NCBI GenBank assembly: GCA_951406725.2
Contig: OX597821.1
Span: 75,702,001 to 75,766,000, forward strand
Length of the DNA stretch: 64,000 bases
Source: Octopus vulgaris
Lineage: Eukaryota
Direction of reading: 5' to 3'
Of the stretch, positions 54,441-64,000 are shown piece after piece (position 1 is the stretch's first letter; each line of letters starts with the position of its first letter). The translations under genes and the position numbers were made by a program. Below the pieces are notes generated by a model. That model saw only the letters and a program-made list of their open reading frames with translations, made no database searches and had not been told where the DNA came from.

Positions 54441-55024
54441 GTCTCAGTTTGAGCTCAAATGTAACCCTGACGTGTCTCTGATCTGACTGGCTAAAAGTTA
54501 AATATTGATCCTCTCCCACCTCTCAATCCGAACTGCTCTCACTGTTCCAAGGCCACTGTTCCAAAGCCACTGTTCCAAGGCCACTATCAACGCCATCTGC
54601 CGGGGAAGTATACCTCGCAACTCCAGAATCCTCCAGACGAACAGATGAACATATCCGTCTTGTAAATCATTCCAGTCACTACAATCCCATATTTTTCAAA
54701 CCAACTACGCAGGATCTCTTTATTCAATTTGTCCTTGTGTGCGAGGTTAGGATTCAGCATTAAAAACATTGTGTATCGTTAAGTGTTTTTTCTTTCCCTG
54801 ATACAAGTCTTCGCTACTGCAGGTGTGGTGAGAATGATTCCTTTTAATGGTACGAGAGTACACTTTCGCAAGGATGCAATGTTCTAACTTAGATCGACAT
54901 CTGATTTAGACGAAAAGCAAAATGATTCCAGTTGGTGATATTTGATGACATCCAATCCATTGCCACTCCATTTCCCTTGGCAACTAATTTTTTAAAAGTA
55001 CATAGGCTTCTGTGAAGTTGTCTA

Positions 55025-55265
55025 GTTGTTAGGCTGTGTACTCACGATCGTTAGATCGTAGTTTCGATTCCCCGAGTGGGCGGTGCGTTGTATTCTTGAG
55101 TAAAGCACTTCATTTCACGTTTCTCCAGTCTTCCTTTCGATAAGGGGTTAATGTTGGCTTGCTCGCCTAGCCAACGGGATTGCGTCATTTGAAAGCTAAA
55201 ACAATGCAAAAGCGCATTGTGACCAGCGATGTATAAGAACATCTGATAGCCTGATCGGTCACATG
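55025..55265 (+). mobile_element. Diverged group V-related SINE with a different 3' module
   Basis: GTTTCGATTCCCC box B and GCGTTGTATTCTTGAGTAAAGCACTTCATTTCACGTTTCTCCAGTC match the head and middle of 21799-22122. Confidence 0.7.
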
Positions 55266-55450
55266 TAATGTCACGTGGTAATGTGACATAGGTTTCTAAT
55301 TCAATTCAATTATTATTTGAGGGACCTATATCAAAAACATAAAATAAGGATTATATAATACAATACGTTTTGTCCCCTGCTCTATTGCTGCTAATATACG
55401 AATATAAGGACCTCAAAATATTAATTATATTAGTATATTATATCATAACG

Positions 55451-55500
55451 GCGTTGCCCCAGTATGACCGCAGCTCTTGAGCTAGAACAAGAGAAAACAA
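55451..55500 (+). mobile_element. Short 3' terminus of the CR1-like LINE
   Basis: CCCCAGTATGACCGCAGCTCTTGAGCTAGAACAAG resembles CCCCAGCATGGCCACAGCTCGTGAGCTGAAACTAG (reverse complement of 978-1012). Confidence 0.55.
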
Positions 55501-55731
55501 AATAGAGTTGGAACAAGGAACAACGTTGCTATGGTAAATGATACTCAAGTCTATATTAGTCTTGACCTGGAGACTCTGTTTAATAAGCACCGTATGTTGG
55601 ATATTTGCCATTTGGAACTCGTCCTTCTTCGGTTCACCGTTCAAAAACACGACTCTTGATCTCTTTCATTCAAGTTAGTTACGCATGCAAATTGCTTATC
55701 GTATTTCATATACGTTTATCATAGATATATA

Positions 55732-55875
55732 CGAGAAGCGTATGAAAAGTTTTAAGACTTCAAGGCCTTGAAGTTTTGAAACTTCAAGGCCTTTAAGCCT
55801 CGAAGTCTTGTACCTTCATCAGAAGTTTTGTACCATGTCTTTTTTTTGTGCTAAAGACCTTTCATACACACCTCG
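55732..55875. mobile_element. Mariner-type MITE (144 bp) with TA target duplication
   Basis: TA|CGAGAAGCGTATGAAAAGTTTTAAG ... CTAAAGACCTTTCATACACACCTCG|TA imperfect TIRs; internal palindrome ACTTCAAGGCCTTGAAGT. Confidence 0.7.
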
Positions 55876-58408
55876 TACTACCGGGCTCTAGTCATCACAT
55901 CAAAGGCTTAAGTCTAGTGTCAGTATGAAAGAATACATTTTCTGTTAATATATTTGGAACTGTGACAAGCTAAAACGCATCGCTACGACCCAACGACTTC
56001 GTTATGTTGTGCGGATCAGCGACAGCTTCGGTTTTGCATGCACACAATAGGAATATAAAGCTTTAGAGTACACGAACATAAATACTATTCTGGATAATAA
56101 CAATGTAACTAGCAACAATGAGAGCAAAATCTATTCCGCTGCCTGTCAACATTTCATATCACCAAACAAAAATCTTTACTTTAAGAAATATTTTTCCCGG
56201 TCTGTAATTTAACCCATTAACAGTCAATTTTTTTATTCATAATTTTTGGTTTTGCCACGTGTTTTAGGAGTTAAAATAATATATAATACTTAAATTTTCT
56301 TCATATGTGAATTATTTTGGAAGTTATGGTAAAATTTTCAAAAAGTCACAAATGAGGATCGTCGAATAAAATCATATTTATCCTTTTCTATTCAATTGCA
56401 ATAATAAACATTTTAGTTGTTACATTTTTTTTGAAACTATAATGCGAATGTGTATGAAATATCAATGAATGGTATAGACAGGAAAGGCAAAAAAAAAGAC
56501 AAAAACAAATATCGTTTTCAAAACTTTCGATATTTTTGTAGTTCAAAAATTGTGATTTATGACATAAAATGTCCTCCAGAATTAACAAGAGCTTATAATG
56601 ACAAACTTTAACTACTAAATATTATTAAACACACCTTTGCAAATGTGATGTACATAAGCGATTCACTTTAAATACAACGAACAATCGACAGTGAGATTGC
56701 TTTTAGTAGACCCTCAAATCGGGTTAAGTTGTTACAGCCTTGAAGAATAAATACGATTGATTTAAAGATACGAACCTCTGAGCCTAATATATCCTCTATT
56801 TGTTCGTATCGCCTTTATCGTACGTCTATCTGGGACCCTAATGCTTCTATCCCCATTACAGCAATAAATAGGCATCATTTCGAATTATAGTTGATCAGCA
56901 AGCAAAAGTTTATTGGTCCGTGGGTGTGGGGTGGATTTGAAAAATTTCGTCTGGAACTGAAATATATTTGTTTTTACGAAATGGCATTCAAATTATAATC
57001 GTTTAGTCGTCTTCATATATAACGGAAAGAGTACAGCAGAGAAAAATTTGAAAGTTTTTTTTCTACTTACTTCTTAGTGCTGACAGAGATGTAATAGCGC
57101 TTGCATGCAATGTTGGTGATAACATCAACATTGCAAAAAGATGTCATTTCTATCTATTTAATAAAGTAAATGAAATAGAAAAAGAAAGATATTGAAAAGT
57201 TGCATAAAATGTTTACTTTATAAGAATAATCTATTGACTGCCACTTGATAAATTCTCGTTCAAAAATTTAATGTCAATTCTTGGTGAATGTCTCACCATT
57301 TTTTCTTTTCAAGACTGAGCCGAAAATTTAAACCCTATTGATAAATTACAAGCGAATGTATTAGGCACTGGCAGTAGTGCCAAAATTTGATTTGTAGAAA
57401 TTCGTGACCAACAGCCCCCTTACTTCCTCAACGACACCAACAGCTACAGCAGCCATATTAGCCGCTATTATAATGAGAAGGGGAATAGAATCTTGTAATT
57501 TTTATTGCTCATCCGTTTCTGTATTTTCTTGTACTTTTTATTTCTGTTCAATCATTAATTTACGTGTATCCGCCAAATAATAGAGTTAACGGACGTTATG
57601 CTGACCAGAGTCGTCGCCATTGGTGCATTGTTGTTACAAGAGAGCCACTGATTTTATAACTGCTATCAATGCTGTTATTTTAACAAGTTCCGTTAATTAG
57701 AAGCTAATATTCGTGGCATAGTTGAAGCCTTTAATATTATTGCTTGTCTGTAGTAGTTAACTGTTGGCCGAGGACTTCTGTTAATTATGTTAAAGTGCTA
57801 GTGCCTGCATGAATTCAGTGGTGGCTGTGAAGGTGTTTTCGTAGTTTTCTCATCTGTTACCTTGTATTTAAGCCCAAAGGTCATAAGTGACACTAATATA
57901 GAGTGAATCAATTTATGTAAAGGTGTCCACCGTTCTATTGACAGAAGGCAATAAAGACAGCGAGAAAGGAAAATAACAAAACGAAAATACAACAATAGTC
58001 GTTTGTGTTTCTGTTAATTTCGTTAACTACCAAAGATTTGGAGCGACAAGAAATTAAATAAGTGTTAAATTCTGAGAAATTACTCGGGTACAATGTTACA
58101 CAAATACGTCGTATAAAGTATTTAATATCGATAAGTGAACTCAAGCTACATTGTTCTCTCAGTGTCATTTGGTGATTGGAAAACAGTGAGAGATTTGCTT
58201 GATTGTTGAGCTTGGAAGTAGTTCATCCCGTTTCAGATTATTATAACAAGAATTATGAGAAGTGAAATGTTTGCACGAGAAACCAAAACTTGTTACGGAT
58301 TAAATGTACCTCTCTCTCGAACTCAAGAAAAAAAAAAGAATATAGATATGTCGAGTCTTTGTAACAATTTATATATCTACGAGTATTCCAGATACGAGGA
58401 ATTGTGTA

Positions 58409-58435
58409 CAGCGTTAGAAGCTGTGCAAAGGCAAT
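58409..58435 (+). mobile_element. Extreme 3' tip of Dong family B followed by (TAA)n
   Basis: CAGCGTTAGAAGCTGTGCAAAGGCAAT is identical to 10082-10108. Confidence 0.75.
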
Positions 58436-58448
58436 AATAATAATAATG

Positions 58449-58482
<34 letters not shown>

Positions 58483-58550
58483 TAATAATAATAACAACAA
58501 CAACAATAACAATTATTATTATTACCATCATTATTATTATTATTATTATT

Positions 58551-60611
58551 ACTTTTTTTTTTCTTCTTTCAAATTTTCTTCCATTTCTTGCCGAGTGTCT
58601 TCCCGACTCCTAGGGCAAAGAAACTCATAGTGTATATTGGTAGGCCATTAAACCAAACTCAGTAGTTCGTTCATTTTTTTTTTTTTTTTTAAAGTTAAAT
58701 TAAAATACATGAGCAGCAACAGTTCTCACATCGACAATGCTCTTCTCAATACGTGTGATGTACCAGTTAAGACAATCTTTTGCACTTCTTGCAGGGATGG
58801 TAAGCCAGGGATCATTCTCATATAATTTTCGGTTCCCTTCTTGATCATTCCTAGTGCTCCTACGATCACTGGTATTGTAACCGCCTTGAGATGCCACATT
58901 TTCTCAATTTCAATGAGTAGGTCTTTATATTTTCTGAGCTTGTCAAACTCTTTCGCTGAGATATTATGATCACAGGGGATGCTCATGTCGATCAATAAGC
59001 AAACTTTATTGTTTTGGTCTTTCACAACAATATCTGGTTTATTGGCCTTGATGGTTCGGTCTGTATGTACTGGAAAGTCCCACAGAATGGTTACATTTTC
59101 TCCTTCAGTTACAGCCTCAGGGTGGTGATTATACCACTTGTCGGCAGTTTTGATATTGTAATGCCGACTTATTAGCCAGTGGAGATATTGGCCAACTCTG
59201 TCATGTCTTAATTTATACTCCACTGGTGCTAAGACTTTACATCCAGAGATTAGGTGGTCCACTGTGCTAAGACTTTACATCCAGAGGTTAGGTGGTCCAC
59301 TGTTTCAATCATGTCGTTGCAGAATCGGCATTTTGGGTCTGCTCCATTTTTCATCACATTGGCCTGGTAGTTCCGGGTTGATAGGCTTTGGTCTTGAGCA
59401 GCCCGGATGAAACCTTCGCTCTCTGCTTTTAGCCCTGAGCTCCGCAGCCACTGATGGGTTTGCTTCTGGTCAACATCAGCTTGTTTGCTGCGGGTCACAT
59501 ATTTGCCGTGCAGAGGTTTCTCCTCCCACCTATCAGCCAATTGCTCGTGCGCTTTTTTCATTGCCATCATTTTCACCTTCTTTGCAACAATAGTTGCCGT
59601 ACTTCCCTCGGGTTGTTCAGTTTGGGTATCCTGCACGAGATCAATAGCAAATTTTTTGCTTTCCTTGATGATAGAATGAAGCTTCTTTCGTCTCTCGTGA
59701 TTTTCCACGAGCTTTAGCATCCAGTCATTCGATATTTCGAGATATTTGGCCAGTCCAATTGTGGTTGTTTTGTAAGCTACTTCAAATTGGATCAGGCCTC
59801 GACCTCCTTGGGCTCTGGGAAGGTAAAGGCGATCTACGTCTGCCTTTGGGTGGTGCATCCTATTACAACTCAGCAGCTTGCGTATTTTTCTATCTATATT
59901 CTTTACTTCACTCATATTCCAGTTCAACACATTGTAGCTATAAGTAACAACTGGAACTGCTAGGGAATTTATAGCTAACACCTTGTTACATGCATTTAGT
60001 TCAGATTTCAGGACTGCACGAACTCTCCTATAACATTCCTTCCTGATTATCTCTTTCATGCTTGCATGCTGAATACCAGAGCCTTCATTTATCCCTAAAT
60101 ATTTGTATGTTTGTTCTTGCTCAAGCTCTCTTATGACTGTGTCAACATCTAACACGACTGAATTTGTGGTATTCACTTTTCCTTTCTGGAAAGTGGCCTT
60201 GGCACACTTCTCAAGTCCAAACTCCATCCCGATGTCATCGCTGAATGATTTCACGGTGCGCAATAGGCCTTCAAGTTCATTATTGTCTTTACCATAAAGT
60301 TTTAAGTCATCCATATAAAATAGATGGCTTATTTTTTTATTGGCAATTTTATACCCATACCCTGTTCTGTTTAATTCACTTGTAAGGGTATTAGGGCTAT
60401 GCAGAATATTAAAGGTGAAAGTGAGTCACCTTGAAAAATTCCACAGTTGATGTTTATATTTTCTGAGGCAAGTACTCCATTAGAGTGGTATAATTGGAGA
60501 TTCGTATTCCACAACGACATATTGTGCTTCAGGAAGTTTGAAATCACAGGGGAAATTTTGAAGATGTCCAGCGATCTCAAGATCCATGGATGCGGTATAC
60601 TGTCGAAGGCC

Positions 60612-60612
<1 letters not shown>
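58551..60612 (-). mobile_element. R4/Dong-type non-LTR retrotransposon family A, 2.06-kb 5'-truncated copy in (TAA)n
   Basis: RT motifs KAFDS, GIFQGDSLSP, YMDDLKLY and YKYLG, a CCHC knuckle, and a PDIVV...IDMSIP...KY endonuclease. (TTA)n arrays at 58530-58550 and 60615-60697. Confidence 0.95.
58726..60612 (-). pseudogene. RT plus restriction-like endonuclease ORF, broken by two frameshifts
   Basis: Track ORFs 60371-60580, 59250-60314 and 58726-59262 join into one protein once a 1-bp deletion (~60386) and a 38-bp duplication (59226-59301) are corrected. Confidence 0.92.
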
Positions 60613-60672
<60 letters not shown>

Positions 60673-60707
60673 CATTATTATTATTATTATTATTATAACA
60701 TCGAAAG

Positions 60708-60836
60708 ATACCTTAGGAATGAGAACCCAGGTTCGAAATTTCCCCCAAGACACCTGAAGAAGGCTGAAACGTTGTGTTAACAACAAACAAGATGGGGACA
60801 AATATGCGTCAAATGTAAATAATGTAAATAATGTAA
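60708..60836 (+). mobile_element. Family H1 element, hammerhead stem II collapsed
   Basis: GACAC-CTGAAGA-A-GGCT-GAAACGTT-GTGTT (60749-60778), with the same 5' boundary and (GTAAATAAT)n tail as the other copies. Confidence 0.85.
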
Positions 60837-60968
60837 CTATGTGTATATTGATTTCTTGATTTAGCAGGCCATAGATTTTAAAGATATACTGTAGTTTATA
60901 TATTTAATGAAAGAATAAGATGAAATAAATTTATTTCATCGATTCCGATAAGTCGAATATCGAATTGG

Positions 60969-61072
<104 letters not shown>

Positions 61073-61619
61073 TTTAAACTGAAGGGTGTTTGTAAATACC
61101 GAAGGTTATTAAATTTGTAAACTACCTTTTCTGCCATTGCACACTCATATATCTCCCCTTCATGTCTCTCCTCTACATACAAGCCTATACAAACACACAC
61201 ACACACTTTCACCAACATATATTTTAAAATACATGTAGTGGTTTTTTTTATAATATGAATTGATCCTTCCTTCCTTCTGGTAAAGTAATGTGTATTTACA
61301 GATTATTAGGTTCTGTCTCCCGAATGTCATACCGTGAAGTGTCTGACCGTCAATTTCTTACACTTGGACAATTTATTTGTAAATACGCAGCGGAGTTGGA
61401 CATTCTCCAGACTTAATTTCATTCACATTAAACTAAAGCAATTTTTCTCATCTTAAGAAGGAAATAATTAAAATGTTTACAATCTAATGGGATATTTGCT
61501 CTTATTGGATATACTTTACTTTTCCTAGATGCAATAAATACCAGAAAAATACTAGGGTCGAAGTAACCCTCTGCTGTACTCTTAGGCTCTCATGTGTGTG
61601 TGTGTGTGTGTGTGTGTGT

Positions 61620-61710
61620 ATTAAGCTCTCACATAAGGCAAAACGTGTGTGCTTATAAGCTCTCGCATAAGGCACGAAAGTGTGTGCTCTTAAGCTTTCG
61701 CATAAGACAG
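61620..61710. repeat. Short tandem repeat, ~34-35-bp unit, ~2.6 copies
   Basis: TAAGCTCTC(A/G)CATAAGGCA...GTGTGTGCT is repeated. Confidence 0.8.
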
Positions 61711-62814
61711 GAATAGTTCAACCGAATGAAGCATTTTATTGGAACCAGAAAGAGAAGATTGTATTGTTACCAGTCCGAATATGTTTGATGCACGTTAGAC
61801 CTGGGGAACAAACCACCCACTGCGTTTTGTCACTGAGAATATGTCTCTCTTGTTGACAAAGGGAAGAGATGAAATACTCTAATATAGTTCTGAGTAACTG
61901 TCCCTCTTTGTGGTTCGATAATTTTTTTGATAAAACACAGTCATAGGGATTGACATTGATGTGGCGTAAAATGAAGATGTAGTAACTAGTTATCCTTTAT
62001 GAATAGTGAAGAGACGTCAGCGAAAGTCGACATTTGTGGGTTTGAACTCAGAATGATTAAGCGAAGAATGAAATTTTTAAAAACATTTAATCGCTAAATC
62101 GCACGAAATGCATTATTTCCACCATTGTTCATTACTCTAATCTGGTTCCTAAATAAAATGATTTCTGCTGCGATTAGTTTTGAATTCTGTTTGAAAATTA
62201 AATGCAAGTTTATATTATGAATTTACTGGGAAAATAATTCTGCTTTTTTATTCCCGATTGAAACAATTTCTCATTTCAACAGCAAAAAGGATTAGGAACA
62301 ACTTATGGAAAAGAACGATGCTCGTAACGGAGTTTTCTTCAATTATAAATTGAAATTTGGTGTTCAGAGTTTAATAACTTAACAACAATGTACACCTGGT
62401 TCGTAGATAGACACACAACAACAACAACACACATGCGTATGCAAACACACACGCGCACACACACAAACACACACATATACACACATATATATATATATAT
62501 ATATACAAGTATATGTATCTGTGTGTGTAAATTTATATATATTGTTATATCTAAATATATATATATACGTCTAGGTTTGTATTCATGTATGTGCGAGTCT
62601 GTGTGTAAATATTCAGCCGAAAAAGCTATAATTTCTGATTAGCTAATGACTTTTAAATAACTACAATATTTAAATTTCTTCCCAGATACGAGGACCTCGT
62701 TCGAATACAGTATATTTGAGGTGGTTACTTCATCTTTGCGATTCTATTAAGGTTTAATATATATTTTGAGGCGATTTAAATTTAGAATCTAAAGAACGGC
62801 TATTAAGTAACACT

Positions 62815-63364
62815 TTGTAATAAAGGTACAAGGCCTGGAATTTTAGGAGAAGGGACTAGTCGATTGCATCGACCTTACCGTTTCACTGGTACTTAATTTA
62901 TCGATCCCAAAAGGATAAAAAGCAAAATCGACCTCGATGTGATTTGAATTTAGAACGTAGCGACGGACAAAATATCTATTTCTTTACTACCCACAAGGGG
63001 CTAAACACAGAGGGGACAAACAAGGACAGACAAACGGATTAAGTCGATTGCATCGACCCCAGTGCATAACTGGTACTTATTTAATCGACCCCGAAAGGAT
63101 GAAAGGCAACGTCGACCTCAGCGGAATTTGATCTCAGAACGCAGCGGCAGACGAAATACCTATTTCATTACTGCCCACAAGGGGCTAAACCCAGATGGGA
63201 CAAACAAGGACAGACAAAGGGATTAAGTCGGTTATATCGACCCCAGTGCGAAAGGATGAAAGGGAAAGTCGACCTCGGCGTAATTTGAACTCAGAACGTA
63301 ACGGCAGACGAAATACGGCTACGCATTTTGTCCAGCCTGCGAACATCTCTGCCAGTTCGCCGTC
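62815..63364 (-). mobile_element. Group M SINE trimer: head-core-Y-core-Y-core-X
   Basis: Three cores (~62910, ~63093, ~63250) separated by CCCACAAGGGGCTAAAC...ACAAACAAGGACAGACAAA linkers. Confidence 0.9.
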
Positions 63365-64000
63365 GTAAGACTATTATTAGCACTGTATTAAATATAATCC
63401 TAATAACATTCTTTTATGAAAGGTTATTAATGATAAAGCATTATTTCCTGAAGAAATAAGATCAGACTGAATTGATCGCAGCACATCATCAGTATTTATT
63501 TTTTCATCCAGAGTGGTGTCTGGTAGTATTTGTTCTCGAAGCATGAAGAAATCTAATGCCATAATTAATGTAGTTCAATGATTGACGTTTATTAATATTG
63601 CACACGTGTTCAAGAATGGTAGAGATACAGAGCATTCTAAAGTGACTCCACATTAATCACAGGTGTTTCTTTGATCGATACAGTAGATTATTAAAGAAGT
63701 CAAACCCGGCAACGTTTGAATAAAAAAAAAATGCATGTAGTCGATTGTTCTAGCAATCGTGCAAATCTACCAAATACTATAGTGAAATATTAATCCTATC
63801 ATTGGCACAAAGCCATGATGCTGGGAGAGGGAAATATCCATTTATTTCACTGGTGCTTATTTCATTGAGAAAAGGAATTGTAGCACGATATGAAATCGGG
63901 AGATAATAAGACGTAACTGAGTTCATCATAGAAATGTTGTGCTCTGATACACAACTGTCCCTTCTTCAGTTGATGTTAAGTAGGTGAGTAGTGAAAAAGT

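Noticed and set aside
52200-54586. Small tandem repeats (~12-bp GAATTAACCA.C at 52200; 14-bp CCACTGTTCCAAGG x3 at 54540)
   Set aside because: Ordinary local slippage repeats with no further structure.
62815-63364. CRISPR-like repeat-spacer pattern
   Set aside because: The 'spacers' are homologous, the units are SINE modules, the context is eukaryotic, and there are no cas genes.
63377-63562. 61-aa ORF with protein-like composition
   Set aside because: Short, in-frame stops just upstream, and no recognisable motif.

Overview
AT-rich eukaryotic DNA, intergenic or intronic, dense in microsatellites. The SINE and LINE content suggests an octopod cephalopod (inference). I recognise no host protein-coding gene; most ORFs in the track are microsatellite read-throughs. 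The window is a mobile-element landscape with five components. (1) R4/Dong-type restriction-like-endonuclease LINEs of at least three families sit in (TAA)n arrays, including a 2-kb young copy at 58551-60612. (2) There are CR1-like and RTE-like LINE relics. (3) There is a Tc1/mariner relic plus several MITE or foldback hairpins. (4) There are three groups of tRNA-derived SINEs, one forming variable-copy multimers. (5) Most notably, at least four sequence-unrelated short non-coding elements each carry a minimal type I hammerhead-ribozyme motif of the Penelope-like/retrozyme kind, some in partial-tandem or inverted arrangements, and one has a non-canonical CUGUAGA core. All coordinates and alignments were read by eye, so boundaries may be off by a few bases.
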